A DNA stretch of 64,000 nt from contig JAVVWR010000005.1 in the NCBI GenBank assembly GCA_036652035.1, forward strand, positions 2,688 to 66,687, given 5' to 3'. Made by a program: the position numbers and the translations under genes. Shown here one piece after another: positions 27,011-39,607 of the stretch. Position 1 is the first letter of the stretch. Each line of letters begins with the position of its first letter. Source of the stretch: Burkholderiaceae bacterium (GTDB lineage Bacteria > Pseudomonadota > Gammaproteobacteria > Burkholderiales > Burkholderiaceae_F). The notes below the pieces were generated by a model. It was given only the letters and a program-made list of their open reading frames with translations. It searched no databases and was not told the DNA's origin.

Positions 27011-29308
27011 ATGCGGCAGCTTGCTGCCGCCGTGCTCGCTGCCTATGCCACGTGCGCTGCCGCGCAAGAATTCACGATCAAAGACATCCGAGTCGAAGGA
27101 GTGGCTCGCACCGAAGCCGGTACGGTGTTCTCGTACTTGCCGCTGCGGGTCGGCGATCGCTTCGATCCTGAAAAAGGAACGCAGGCGATCCGCGCGCTCT
27201 ATGCCTCGGGTCTTTTCAAGGACGTTCGACTCGAGGCCGACAGCGATACGCTGGTCGTCATCGTCGATGAGCGCCCCGCGGTGGCCGCGGTGGAAATGTC
27301 GGGCGTGACCGAGTTCGACAAGGACCAGGTCAAGAAATCGCTGCGCGATGTGGGCCTGGCCGAGGGCCGGATCTTCGATCGTTCGGTGCTTGACCGCGCC
27401 GACCAGGAACTGCGCCGCCAGTACCTGTCCAAAGGCCTCTACAGCGTCCAGGTCAAGACCACCGTCACGCCGATCGAACGCAACCGCGTCAACGTGGCGA
27501 TCAATGTCGAGGAGGGCGATGTCTCGAAGATCCGTTCGATCCGCTTCGTCGGCAACAAGGTCTTCTCCGAGGGCGATCTGCGCGACCAGATGGAGTTGGG
27601 CACGCCCAACTGGATGTCGTGGTACACCAAACGTGATCAGTATTCGCGCCAGAAGCTGGCGGGTGACCTTGAGTCGATCCGCTCGTACTACCTCAACCGC
27701 GGCTACCTTGATTTCAAGATCGACTCGGTTCAGGTCTCGATCAGTCCCAACAAGCAGGACGTCTACGTCACGGTCAACATGACCGAGGGCGACAAGTACA
27801 AGGTCACCGGCATCAAGCTCACCGGCGAGATGCTCGGGCTCGAGAAAGAGCTCGAAGCCCTGATCGACGTCAAGCCGGGCTCGGTCTATAGCGCCGAAGC
27901 GATCAACACCGTTGCCAAGCGCATCACCGACAAAATGTCGACGCTGGGCTACGCCTTTGCCACCGCGACGCCGTCGCCGATCCCCGATCGCGAGAAGGAC
28001 GAAGTCTCGATCACGATCGTGGTCGATCCGGGCCGCCGTGTGTATGTGCGCAAGGTCAACGTCACCGGCAACACCCGCACCCGCGACGAAGTGATCCGGC
28101 GTGAAGTGCGGCAGTACGAGACCGCGTGGTTCGACTCGGACAAGGTCAAGCTCTCGCGCGACCGGGTCGATCGCCTCGGCTTTTTCGAAGAGGTCAAGGT
28201 CGATACGCCAGCCGTTCCCAATGCGCCCGACCAGGTTGACCTCAACGTCATGGTCAAGGAGCGCCCCACCGGCAACATTCAGCTGGGCGCGGGCTACTCC
28301 AGCTCCGAAGGCATCGTGCTCAACGCCGGCCTGACGCAGAACAATCTGTTTGGCTCCGGCAACGCGCTCTCGCTCGAGGTCAATACCTCGAAGGTCAACC
28401 GCGTGCTCGCGGTGACCTATACCGATCCCTACATCACTCCCGAGGGGGTGAGCCGCACGATGGAGGTCTACGACCGGACCTCGAATCTGGCCGAGCTCGA
28501 TCTCTCGGATGTGTCGTATTCGACGCGTGGCGCGGGCGTGACTTACGGTGTGCCGTTCACCGAGTTCGATCGGGTCTTCTTCGGCCTGCGCTGGGAAAAC
28601 ACCACGGTCGATCTGACCGAACACAGCCCGGAACGCTACAAGCAGTTCGTGCGCGAATTCGGCGACAGCCCGCAGACGATCAGTACCACGATCGGCTGGG
28701 CGCGCGACAACCGCGACAACATCCTGGTGCCAACGCGCGGTAATTACCAGCGCATTACGGGCGAATTGGCGCTGCCGGCGCTCGACCTGCAGTACTACCG
28801 CCTCTCCTACCAATATCAGCAGTTCTGGCCGGTCACCAACCGCCTGACGCTCGCCTTCAACGGCGAACTCGGTTATGGCGACGGTTATGGCAATAAGCCC
28901 TATCCGTTCTTCAAGAATTTTTACGTCGGCGGCATCGGCTCGGTGCGCGGCTATGAGTCGGCCTCGCTCGGCCCGCGCGATTTGAACGGCGATCCGCTGG
29001 GTGGCAACCAGCGCGCGAATTTCTCGCTCGAGCTGCTCACGCCGCTGCCGGGCGCGGACCGGACTTTGCGCATGTTCGGCTTCCTTGACGGTGGCTGGGT
29101 GTGGGGCGAGACGCCGTACATGGATGGCGGCACGATTCACTATCGAAAGGACAATGTCTCGCTGCAAGATCTGCGTTACTCGGCCGGTATCGGTATCGCG
29201 TGGATTTCGCCGCTCGGCCCACTCAAGCTCAGCTTTGCCACGCCGATCAAGGACCAGCCAACTGACCGCCTGCAGCGCTTCCAGTTCCAGATTGGTACTG
29301 GGTTCTGA
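27011..29308 (+). CDS. bamA: Outer membrane protein assembly factor BamA
   Basis: Start taken at ATG 27011 (MRQLAAAVLAAYATCAAAQEFTIKDIRVEG, a signal peptide followed by POTRA1). Contains POTRA repeats and a C-terminal beta-barrel ending ...FQFQIGTGF. Confidence 0.9.
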   Translation: MRQLAAAVLAAYATCAAAQEFTIKDIRVEGVARTEAGTVFSYLPLRVGDRFDPEKGTQAIRALYASGLFKDVRLEADSDTLVVIVDERPAVAAVEMSGVTEFDKDQVKKSLRDVGLAEGRIFDRSVLDRADQELRRQYLSKGLYSVQVKTTVTPIERNRVNVAINVEEGDVSKIRSIRFVGNKVFSEGDLRDQMELGTPNWMSWYTKRDQYSRQKLAGDLESIRSYYLNRGYLDFKIDSVQVSISPNKQDVYVTVNMTEGDKYKVTGIKLTGEMLGLEKELEALIDVKPGSVYSAEAINTVAKRITDKMSTLGYAFATATPSPIPDREKDEVSITIVVDPGRRVYVRKVNVTGNTRTRDEVIRREVRQYETAWFDSDKVKLSRDRVDRLGFFEEVKVDTPAVPNAPDQVDLNVMVKERPTGNIQLGAGYSSSEGIVLNAGLTQNNLFGSGNALSLEVNTSKVNRVLAVTYTDPYITPEGVSRTMEVYDRTSNLAELDLSDVSYSTRGAGVTYGVPFTEFDRVFFGLRWENTTVDLTEHSPERYKQFVREFGDSPQTISTTIGWARDNRDNILVPTRGNYQRITGELALPALDLQYYRLSYQYQQFWPVTNRLTLAFNGELGYGDGYGNKPYPFFKNFYVGGIGSVRGYESASLGPRDLNGDPLGGNQRANFSLELLTPLPGADRTLRMFGFLDGGWVWGETPYMDGGTIHYRKDNVSLQDLRYSAGIGIAWISPLGPLKLSFATPIKDQPTDRLQRFQFQIGTGF

Positions 29309-29343
29309 TGTGGCAGAATTCTCAGACTCAAGGAGGTAGGACT

Positions 29344-29853
29344 ATGCAAAAGAAGTGGATTGCGCTGGCTCTGGTTTCCGCGCTCTCACTCGGTGGCACT
29401 GCCGCGGCGGCGCAGGACACGAAGATTGGTGTCGTCAACTCCGAACGAATCCTGCGCGATTCGACTCCGGCCAAGGCAGCGATGCAGAAGCTCGAAGGCG
29501 AGTTCGCCAAGCGCGACAAGGAGCTTCAAGAGACCGGCGCACGTCTCAAGACCTCGGCCGAGCGCTTTGAAAAAGACGCTCCGGTGATGTCCGAAGCCGA
29601 CCGCACGCGCCGCCAGCGCGAACTCGCCGACATGGATCGCGAGTTTCAGCGCAAGCAGCGCGAGTTCCGCGAAGACTTCAATCAGCGTCGCAACGAAGAG
29701 CTGCAAGGTCTGCTTGAGCGCGCCAACCGCATCATTCGCCAGATCGCCGAGCAGGAAAAATACGATCTGATCATTCAGGAAGCGGTCTATTTCAGCCCGC
29801 GCGTCGATGTCACCGAGAAGGTGTTGCGCGTCCTGAACAACGGAGCCAAGTAG
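29344..29853 (+). CDS. skp: Periplasmic chaperone Skp/OmpH
   Basis: Start at ATG 29344 (MQKKWIALALVSALSLGGTAAAAQ, a signal peptide). The body is Lys/Glu/Arg/Gln-rich coiled coil. Lies in the bamA-skp-lpxD position. Confidence 0.85.
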   Translation: MQKKWIALALVSALSLGGTAAAAQDTKIGVVNSERILRDSTPAKAAMQKLEGEFAKRDKELQETGARLKTSAERFEKDAPVMSEADRTRRQRELADMDREFQRKQREFREDFNQRRNEELQGLLERANRIIRQIAEQEKYDLIIQEAVYFSPRVDVTEKVLRVLNNGAK

Positions 29854-29856
29854 TTC

Positions 29857-30930
29857 ATGGCCGGCAACAGCCTGACGCTGGCTGAACTGGCGCAGGCGGT
29901 TGCCACAGCCAGCGCAGGACGCCTCACCGCCGAGGTCGTCGGCCTCGCGCAAGACTTCCGCATCACGGGCGCCGCGCCGCTCTCCAGCGCCGGCGCCAGC
30001 GATCTCAGCTTTCTCGCCAATCCCAAGTACCGCACTGACGCCGCGGCCACCGCCGCGGGCGCGGTCGTGATGTCGGTGGCCGATCGTGCCGCGCTCTATG
30101 GTGATGCCGAGCCCACGCGGGCACTGGTCATCACCCGCAACCCCTACGCCTGGTTCGCCTTTGCCCTGCAGTGCCTGCATCCGGCCGAGCGGGCCATGGG
30201 CGGAATTCATCCCGCCGCCACCGTTGATTCCAGCGCCCAGATTCACGCCAGCGCCCGCATCGATGCGGGTGCCGTGGTCGAACGCGACGCCGTGGTGGGA
30301 GCCGGGGCCTGGATTGGCGCCAATTGCGTGGTCGGGCACGGCAGCGAGATCGGTGCCGCCACCCGCCTGCACCCGAACGTGAGCGTGGCTCATGGCTGCC
30401 GCATCGGGCGCGACGGCATCATCCACAGCGGCACCGTGATCGGTGCGGATGGCTTTGGTTTTGCGCCCTTCGAGGGACGTTGGATCAAGATCCCCCAAGT
30501 CGGCGGCGTGCTGATCGGCGACGACGTCGAGATCGGCGCCAACTGTTCGATCGATCGTGGCGCCCTGGGCGACACCGTGATCGAAGAGGGGGCCAAGCTC
30601 GATAACCAGATTCAAGTGGCGCATAACTGCCGCATCGGCGCCCGCACGGTGATTGCCGGCTGCGTTGGCATTGCCGGCAGTGCCACGATCGGCCGCGGCT
30701 GCCAGATTGGTGGTGCGGCGATGATTGCAGGCCATCTCACGATCGCCGATGGCTGCGCGATCGGGCCCGGCACCCTGGTGGCCAGTTCGATCACCGAGGC
30801 CGGGCATTACACAGGCTTTTTCCCGATGATGAAGAACCGCGAGTGGGAACGCTCGGCGGCCATCATCCGACACCTCGATGACATGCGCCGGCGCGTGCGT
30901 GCACTCGAGGCACAAGGTAAACCGATATGA
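29857..30930 (+). CDS. lpxD: UDP-3-O-(3-hydroxyacyl)glucosamine N-acyltransferase
   Basis: 357-aa ORF with hexapeptide repeats. Position between skp and fabZ. Confidence 0.9.
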   Translation: MAGNSLTLAELAQAVATASAGRLTAEVVGLAQDFRITGAAPLSSAGASDLSFLANPKYRTDAAATAAGAVVMSVADRAALYGDAEPTRALVITRNPYAWFAFALQCLHPAERAMGGIHPAATVDSSAQIHASARIDAGAVVERDAVVGAGAWIGANCVVGHGSEIGAATRLHPNVSVAHGCRIGRDGIIHSGTVIGADGFGFAPFEGRWIKIPQVGGVLIGDDVEIGANCSIDRGALGDTVIEEGAKLDNQIQVAHNCRIGARTVIAGCVGIAGSATIGRGCQIGGAAMIAGHLTIADGCAIGPGTLVASSITEAGHYTGFFPMMKNREWERSAAIIRHLDDMRRRVRALEAQGKPI

Positions 30931-31394
30931 CGACTCCGATGGATATCAACGAAATCATGCGGCTGTTGCCGCACCGCTACCCCATCCTGCTGGTCGACCG
31001 CGTGCTGGAAGTGGAGGCGGGCAAGCGCATCGTCGCGATCAAGAACGTGACGGTCAACGAACCGCATTTCACTGGCCATTTCCCGCACTATCCGGTGATG
31101 CCGGGCGTGATGATCATCGAGGCGATGGCGCAGGCTGCGGCGGTTTTGTCGTTTGTCTCGCTGGGTGTGAAGGCCGACAAGGATTCGCTCTTTTATTTTG
31201 CTGGCATCGACGGCGCCCGCTTCAAAAAGCCGGTGGTGCCTGGCGATCAGCTGCGCATGGAAATCGAGTTCCTGCGTGAGAAAGCTGGAATTGGCAAGTT
31301 CAAGGCGCGCGCGACGGTCGATGGCGTATTGGCGTGCGAGTGCGAAATGATGTGCGCCTACCGCAAGGTGGCCAAGGGCGCGGCGGAGGTCTGA
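30927..31394 (+). CDS. fabZ: 3-hydroxyacyl-ACP dehydratase
   Basis: 155-aa ORF with [13 protein letters not shown] and [23 protein letters not shown]. Confidence 0.95.
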   Translation: MTTPMDINEIMRLLPHRYPILLVDRVLEVEAGKRIVAIKNVTVNEPHFTGHFPHYPVMPGVMIIEAMAQAAAVLSFVSLGVKADKDSLFYFAGIDGARFKKPVVPGDQLRMEIEFLREKAGIGKFKARATVDGVLACECEMMCAYRKVAKGAAEV

Positions 31395-32182
31395 TGGCCA
31401 CGATCCATCCGCTGGCAGTGGTCGATCCGGCGGCCGAGCTGGCCGCTGATGTCAGCATCGGCCCGTTCTGTCTGGTCGGACCCAAGGTCAAGATCGGTGC
31501 CGGCACCGTGCTCGATTCCCATGTCAGCATTGGTGGCCGCACCACGATCGGCGCCAACAACCGCTTCTTCGCGCACAGCGCCATCGGTGGCGAACCGCAG
31601 GACAAGAAGTACGCGGGCGAAGACACCGAACTCGTGATCGGTGACGGCAATGTGGTGCGCGAACACTGCACCTTCTCGCTCGGCACGGTGCAGGATCGCG
31701 GCATCACCCGCATCGGCAACGGCAACTGGATCATGGCCAATGTGCACGTCGCTCATGACTGCACCGTGGGCAGCCACACCATTCTCGCCAACAACGTCAC
31801 GCTCGCCGGTCACGTCACGATTGAAGACACCGTGATCCTCGGCGGCATGAGCGCAGTCCACCAGTTTGTTCGAATCGGCGCCCACGCCATGGCCGGCGGC
31901 GGCGCCATCATCCTGCGCGACGTTCCGCCCTACGTGATGTGCTCGGGCAATCCGGCCGAGCCCCATGGTTTGAACAGCGAAGGCCTGCGGCGGCGTGGTT
32001 TTGAAGCCGACACCGTCAACGTCATGAAGCGCGCCTACAAGGCGATCTACCGCGAAGCCCTGACGGTGGCCGAAGCGATCGCCGCGCTCGACGCTCTGGC
32101 GCAAGCCCATGCGGGGGCGGCAGGCGAAGTACAAAAGCTGCGCCGTTTCCTGGCGGAGTCGCAGCGCGGCATCATTCGCTGA
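31394..32182 (+). CDS. lpxA: Acyl-ACP--UDP-N-acetylglucosamine O-acyltransferase
   Basis: Start re-picked at ATG 31394, overlapping the fabZ TGA ([12 protein letters not shown]...). Contains hexapeptide repeats and a C-terminal helical domain. Confidence 0.92.
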   Translation: MATIHPLAVVDPAAELAADVSIGPFCLVGPKVKIGAGTVLDSHVSIGGRTTIGANNRFFAHSAIGGEPQDKKYAGEDTELVIGDGNVVREHCTFSLGTVQDRGITRIGNGNWIMANVHVAHDCTVGSHTILANNVTLAGHVTIEDTVILGGMSAVHQFVRIGAHAMAGGGAIILRDVPPYVMCSGNPAEPHGLNSEGLRRRGFEADTVNVMKRAYKAIYREALTVAEAIAALDALAQAHAGAAGEVQKLRRFLAESQRGIIR

Positions 32183-33375
32183 TGTCGAGTCCGCTCCCCG
32201 CTATGGCGGCGTCCGAGGCCGGGGCGACCGGGCTGCCAGCACGTTCGCAGATCGCCTTTCTCGCCGGCGAAGCCTCGGGCGATCTGCTCGCTTCGCTGGT
32301 TCTGCCCGAGCTGGCCCGCCGCTCGCCCGCCGATGAACTGGTTGGCATTGGCGGCGACCGCATGATGGCTGCCGGCCTTGTGCCCTGGCATCACTCGCGC
32401 GAACTGGCGGTGCGCGGCTATGTTGAAGTCCTGCGCCATCTGCCGCGGCTGTTTGCTCTGCGGCGCTCGCTCGCGCAGCGGCTCACGGCACAGCCGCCGC
32501 GCGCCTTTGTCGGGGTAGATGCGCCCGATTTCAACCTCGGTCTCGAACTCAAGCTGCGCGCTGCCGGTATTCCAACGGTGCACTTTGTCAGTCCGTCGAT
32601 CTGGGCCTGGCGCCCGGAGCGGATCGACACCGTGCGGCGGGCGGTCGATCACATGCTGCTGATCTTCCCCTTCGAGCAGAAGATCTACGACGATGCCGGT
32701 CTGCGTTCGACCTACATCGGCCATCCGCTTGCGCGAGTGATCCCGATGGTGCCCGACGAGTCCGCGGCGCGGGCTCGCCTGGGTATTGCGCCGCACGGGT
32801 CGTTGGTGGCGATTCTGCCGGGCAGCCGCGCCGATGAAGTGCGTTGGTGCGGCCCGGCCTTCTTCGCGGCGGCCGAGCAGATGCTCGCGACCGACGCCTC
32901 GCTCAAGTTCCTCGTGCCGGCGGCCGATGCCGAGCGGCGCGCGCAGATCGACGCCTTGCTTGCTATCCATCCCAAGCTTGCTGCCGCCAGCACCCTCACC
33001 GACGGCCGCTCGCACGACGTGCTCGAAGCGGCTGACGCGGTGCTGGTGGCGAGCGGCACCGCCACGCTTGAAGCCGCTCTCTACAAGAAGCCGATGGTGA
33101 TTTCCTACCTGATGCCGCGGTTTTCGGCCTGGATCATGCGGCGCAAGGGACTGATTCCCTGGGTTGGCTTGCCCAACATTCTGGCGGGCGAATTTCTGGT
33201 TCCCGAACTGCTGCAGCAAGACGCCACGCCCGAACGAATCGCGCGCGCCATGCTCGACCAACTCGACGCGGGCCGGCGCGCGCAACTCGTCGAGCGCTTC
33301 AGCGCCATGCACGAGTCGCTCACCCGCGACACACCGGCACTTGCCGCTGAAGCCATCCTGGCGACGGCGCGATGA
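32182..33375 (+). CDS. lpxB: Lipid-A-disaccharide synthase
   Basis: 397-aa ORF with AGEASGDLL... and VDAPDFNL. Lies between lpxA and rnhB. Confidence 0.9.
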   Translation: MSSPLPAMAASEAGATGLPARSQIAFLAGEASGDLLASLVLPELARRSPADELVGIGGDRMMAAGLVPWHHSRELAVRGYVEVLRHLPRLFALRRSLAQRLTAQPPRAFVGVDAPDFNLGLELKLRAAGIPTVHFVSPSIWAWRPERIDTVRRAVDHMLLIFPFEQKIYDDAGLRSTYIGHPLARVIPMVPDESAARARLGIAPHGSLVAILPGSRADEVRWCGPAFFAAAEQMLATDASLKFLVPAADAERRAQIDALLAIHPKLAAASTLTDGRSHDVLEAADAVLVASGTATLEAALYKKPMVISYLMPRFSAWIMRRKGLIPWVGLPNILAGEFLVPELLQQDATPERIARAMLDQLDAGRRAQLVERFSAMHESLTRDTPALAAEAILATAR

Positions 33376-33968
33376 GCGACTTGTTCGATGCGATCGAGGT
33401 CGGCTTGACCGCCGGCGTTGACGAAGCCGGCCGCGGTCCGCTCGCCGGGCCGGTGGTGGCGGCGGCGGTGATTCTCGACCCGGCGCGGCCGATCAACGGG
33501 CTGGCCGACTCGAAGAAGCTCTCCGCGCGCAAGCGCGAGCGGCTGGCCGAGGAAATCCGTGCCAAGGCGCTCGCCTGGTGCGTGGCCGAGGCGAGCGTTG
33601 AAGAAATCGATCAGCTCAATATTCTGCAAGCCACGTTGCTCGCCATGCAGCGCGCGGTGGCGGGCCTGGCAACGGTTCCTGAACGGGTTCTGGTCGATGG
33701 CAATCAGCTGCCACGGCTGCCGGTGGCGGCGCGCGCCATCATCGGCGGTGATGCGATCGAGCCCGCGATTTCGGCTGCGTCCATCCTCGCCAAGACCGTG
33801 CGCGACAGCATGATGGTCGCCGCCGACACCGAGTTCCCCGGTTACGGCTTTGCCCAACACGCCGGTTACGGCACGGCGCAACACATGGCGGCGCTGCAGG
33901 CCTTGGGCGCAAGCCCGATCCACCGCCGCTCGTTTGCGCCGGTCAAGCGGGTGCTGGAGAACGCATGA
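33372..33968 (+). CDS. rnhB: Ribonuclease HII
   Basis: 198-aa ORF with [20 protein letters not shown] and DSKKLS motifs. Confidence 0.93.
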   Translation: MSDLFDAIEVGLTAGVDEAGRGPLAGPVVAAAVILDPARPINGLADSKKLSARKRERLAEEIRAKALAWCVAEASVEEIDQLNILQATLLAMQRAVAGLATVPERVLVDGNQLPRLPVAARAIIGGDAIEPAISAASILAKTVRDSMMVAADTEFPGYGFAQHAGYGTAQHMAALQALGASPIHRRSFAPVKRVLENA

Positions 33969-34759
33969 AACAGCTCGCCATCAGTTCCAGCGATAACTCG
34001 CAGTTCAAGCACTGGCGCAAGCTCGCCGAGAGCAGCCGTGCCTGCCGCTTGGCGCGCCGCAGCCTGGCCGAGGGCATTCACTTGGCCGAGGTCTTGCTCA
34101 CCGCGCCGGTGGCCGTCGATGCCGTGATTGTCCGCGCCGGTCTGGGCCACGGTGAGGCGCTGGCCATGGCGCAGACGCTGGCGATTGCCAAGGGTGCGGT
34201 GCTGGTTGAGCTGGCGGCGCCGCTGTATCAGGCCATCGCGCCGGTCGACAATGGCACCGGGCCGATTGTCGAGTTCGAGATCCCGGCGAGCGAATGGCCG
34301 CAGCGCGCTGCGGTGGATGCGGTCTACCTGGCCGGATTGCAAGAGCCCGGCAACGTCGGCACCCTCATTCGCACCGCCGCCGCCGCTGGGGTGCGGCATG
34401 TGCTGGCGAGCGCCGAGACGGCCTATGTCTGGTCGCCCAAGGTCTTGCGCGCCGGCATGGGCGCGCACTTTGCGGTCCAGATCCACGAAGGGGTGGCGCC
34501 CGAGAGCATCGGCCACGCCTTTGCCGCCGAGCGCCTGGCGGCCGACGCCACCGGCGGGCGCGATCTCTACGCCGAGGACTGGGGCCAGGGGCCGACGGTC
34601 TGGATGCTGGGATCGGAAGGCGCGGGGCTTTCACCTGCGGCGCTGGCCGTGGCGCAGCGCCGGCTTTTCATTCCGATCGACAGCGCCGTCGAATCGCTCA
34701 ACGTCGGCGCAGCGGCGGCGATCTGCCTGTTCGAGCAGCGCCGCCGACGAACGCGCTAA
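33965..34759 (+). CDS. TrmH/SpoU-family RNA 2'-O-methyltransferase
   Basis: 264-aa ORF. SPOUT motifs: [28 protein letters not shown] and [18 protein letters not shown]. Confidence 0.8.
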   Translation: MKQLAISSSDNSQFKHWRKLAESSRACRLARRSLAEGIHLAEVLLTAPVAVDAVIVRAGLGHGEALAMAQTLAIAKGAVLVELAAPLYQAIAPVDNGTGPIVEFEIPASEWPQRAAVDAVYLAGLQEPGNVGTLIRTAAAAGVRHVLASAETAYVWSPKVLRAGMGAHFAVQIHEGVAPESIGHAFAAERLAADATGGRDLYAEDWGQGPTVWMLGSEGAGLSPAALAVAQRRLFIPIDSAVESLNVGAAAAICLFEQRRRRTR

Positions 34760-34760
34760 C

Positions 34761-35615
34761 TCAGTCGCCGTTACAGCCGAGCCGGATGTCTTGCATGATG
34801 GTCGCGGCGATCTCTTCGATCGACTTGGTGGTCGAAGATAGCCAGCGGATGCCTTCGCGCCGCATCATGCGCTCGGCCGCGTCGATCTCGTAGCGGCAGT
34901 TTTCGATCGAGGCATAACGGCTGTTCGGGCGGCGTTCGTTGCGCACTTCGCTCAAGCGGTCGGGCGAGATCGACAAGCCGAAGATCTTGTTCTTGTGCTG
35001 CGGCAAGGCGCTCGGCAAGACGTTGCGTTCGAAGTCCTCGGGAATCAGCGGGTAGTTGGCGGCCTTGATCCCGAATTGCATCGCCAGGTACAGGCTGGTC
35101 GGCGTCTTGCCGCAGCGCGACACCCCGACCAGGATCACATCGGCTTCCTTGAGTCCCTTCGAGCTTTGGCCGTCGTCATGGGCGAGGGTGAAGTTGATCG
35201 CCTCGATCCGGTTCTTGTATTGCTCCGAGTCCTGGATCTGGTGCGAGCGGCCGATCGTGTGTGCGCTCTTCAAGTCCAGTTCGATCTCGAGCGGCTCGAC
35301 AAAAGCCTTGAACATCTCGACCACAAACGCATTGCTGTGCTGGCGCAAGGCGCCCGCCACAGCCGGATCGACCAGGGTTGAGAAAACCACCGCCCGCTTG
35401 CCGTCACGGAGGCCAGCCTCATTGATCCGCTGCGCGGCGATGCGAGCTTTCTCGGGGGTATCGATAAAGGGCAGGCGCTGCTGGCGGTAGCGCAGCCCTT
35501 CGAATTGGGTCAGCACCGAGTGGCCAAGGGTCTCGGCCGTGATGCCGGTGCCGTCTGAAACAAAGAAAACGGTGCGTTCGAGAGCGGGTTGAACAAGGGG
35601 GGAGTGGTCGGGCAT
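34761..35615 (-). CDS. ppsR: PEP synthase regulatory protein (bifunctional kinase/pyrophosphorylase, DUF299)
   Basis: Start at ATG 35613-35615 ([28 protein letters not shown]...). P-loop GVSRCGKTP. Divergent from ppsA, as is usual. Confidence 0.88.
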   Translation of the reverse strand: MPDHSPLVQPALERTVFFVSDGTGITAETLGHSVLTQFEGLRYRQQRLPFIDTPEKARIAAQRINEAGLRDGKRAVVFSTLVDPAVAGALRQHSNAFVVEMFKAFVEPLEIELDLKSAHTIGRSHQIQDSEQYKNRIEAINFTLAHDDGQSSKGLKEADVILVGVSRCGKTPTSLYLAMQFGIKAANYPLIPEDFERNVLPSALPQHKNKIFGLSISPDRLSEVRNERRPNSRYASIENCRYEIDAAERMMRREGIRWLSSTTKSIEEIAATIMQDIRLGCNGD

Positions 35616-35704
35616 GAAGTCTCCGATGGTGCGACGCAACGGCGAAAGTGGCGAACGGCTAGAATCTGCCTCGATTCTCACACACCTAAGCTCGAGGACT
35701 GGGC

Positions 35705-38083
<2,379 letters not shown>

Positions 38084-38110
38084 ATGAGGCTGAGCCCGGG
38101 CTGACTTCAA

Positions 38111-38140
38111 CGGCCGCCTTCGGGCGGCCGTTTTTCTTGT
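38111..38140 (+). terminator. Rho-independent terminator downstream of ppsA
   Basis: CGGCCGCC-TTCG-GGCGGCCG: a perfect 8-bp GC stem with a UUCG loop, followed directly by TTTTTCTTGTTTTT. Confidence 0.75.
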
Positions 38141-38157
38141 TTTTGTCGGGAGAGCTG

Positions 38158-38580
38158 ATGCAAGCGTATGTCTGGTGGTTCGTTCTGGCTTTCGTTCTGG
38201 CGGGGGCCGAGCTTCTGACCGGCACTTTCTATCTGCTGGTGATCGCGCTGGCGGCCGCCGCCGGTGGGGTGGTGGCGGCCGCCAGCGGCGCTCTGGCTTG
38301 GCAATTGGTGGTGGCGGCGGTGATCGGCGTGGGCGGTTCGCTGTGGCTGCGTCAGCGCCGCGGCCGCGCGGGCGACGTGAGCGATCAAGTGCAGCACCCC
38401 GACATCGGCCAGAGTGTCCGCATCGATGGCTGGAGTTCGAGCGGTACCGCGCGCACCCAGTACCGCGGTGCGGTGTGGGATGTCGAACTTGCCGCGGGCG
38501 AGACCGCAGCGCCCGGTGATTACGTGATCCGAGCCATTTCTTCCAACCGACTCATCGTTGCTCGCCGCGCGGTGAACTAG
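38158..38580 (+). CDS. NfeD-family membrane protein (short form)
   Basis: ATG at 38158. Two or three N-terminal TM helices and a C-terminal OB-like soluble domain (GTARTQYRGAVWDVEL...GDYVIRAI). Sits immediately upstream of an SPFH gene, the classical NfeD-SPFH pair. Confidence 0.75.
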   Translation: MQAYVWWFVLAFVLAGAELLTGTFYLLVIALAAAAGGVVAAASGALAWQLVVAAVIGVGGSLWLRQRRGRAGDVSDQVQHPDIGQSVRIDGWSSSGTARTQYRGAVWDVELAAGETAAPGDYVIRAISSNRLIVARRAVN

Positions 38581-38589
38581 GAGTTACGA

Positions 38590-39558
38590 ATGTCCCTCTT
38601 CCCCGAAGCCGGAACTTTCCTGGCGCTCGTCCTGCTGGGCGTGGCGGTGGTTTTCATCGTTCAAGCCTTCAAGGTCGTGCCACAGCAGAACGCCTGGGTG
38701 GTCGAGCGCCTGGGCAAGTTCCACGCCGTGCTGGGGCCCGGCCTCAACATTGTGGTGCCCTTCATCGACCGCGTGGCCTACAAGCACAGCCTCAAGGAAG
38801 TCCCGCTCGACACCCCGAGCCAGGTCTGCATCACCAAGGACAACACCCAGCTGTCGGTCGACGGCGTGCTCTTCTTCCAGGTCACCGATCCGCAGCGGGC
38901 CAGTTACGGCACCAGCAACTACATCCTGGCGATCACTCAGTTGGCGCAGACCACGCTGCGCTCGGTGGTGGGCAAGCTCGAACTCGACAAGACCTTCGAG
39001 GAGCGCGACTACATCAACCACGCGGTGGTCTCGGCGATTGACGAGGCCGCTCTCAACTGGGGCGTCAAGGTCCTGCGTTACGAGATCAAGGACCTCACCC
39101 CGCCCGCGGTGATCCTGCACGCGATGCAGCAGCAGATCACGGCCGAGCGCGAAAAGCGTGCGCTGATTGCTGCCTCGGAAGGCCGCAAGCAGGAGCAGAT
39201 CAATATCGCCACCGGTCAGCGCGAAGCGGCGATTGCCCGCTCCGAAGGCGACAAGCAGGCCGCGATCAACAACGCACAAGGCGAGGCGGCCGCGGTGTTG
39301 GCGATTGCCGAGGCCACGGCCGAGGCGGTGCGCAAGGTGGCCTCGGCCACGCAGGCGCCGGGCGGGATGGAAGCGGTCAACCTCAAGGTTGCCGAGAAAT
39401 ACGTCGATGCGTTTGCGGGTCTGGCCAAGGCCGGCAACTCGCTTGTGATCCCGGCCAATCTGTCGGACGTGGGCAGCCTGATCGCCACTGCGATGACGGT
39501 TGTGAAGTCGCAGAACAACGCAGCCTCGCCCGCGGGTCCCGCCAAGTCGCAAGTCTGA
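38590..39558 (+). CDS. SPFH/band-7 (stomatin/paraslipin-like) membrane protein
   Basis: 322-aa ORF with an N-terminal membrane anchor, an SPFH core (VVPQQNAWVVERLGKF...RYEIKDLTPP) and an Ala/Glu/Gln-rich coiled-coil tail. Confidence 0.88.
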   Translation: MSLFPEAGTFLALVLLGVAVVFIVQAFKVVPQQNAWVVERLGKFHAVLGPGLNIVVPFIDRVAYKHSLKEVPLDTPSQVCITKDNTQLSVDGVLFFQVTDPQRASYGTSNYILAITQLAQTTLRSVVGKLELDKTFEERDYINHAVVSAIDEAALNWGVKVLRYEIKDLTPPAVILHAMQQQITAEREKRALIAASEGRKQEQINIATGQREAAIARSEGDKQAAINNAQGEAAAVLAIAEATAEAVRKVASATQAPGGMEAVNLKVAEKYVDAFAGLAKAGNSLVIPANLSDVGSLIATAMTVVKSQNNAASPAGPAKSQV

Positions 39559-39607
39559 GGGAGTCGGGATTGCGCTGGATCATGAGCGGCAGGGTCGGGG
39601 CACAGGG

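Noticed and set aside
38158-39558. NfeD-SPFH gene pair considered as a novel membrane system.
   Set aside because: This is a well-known, widespread operon partnership (NfeD with stomatin/paraslipin-type SPFH proteins). Both proteins look canonical.
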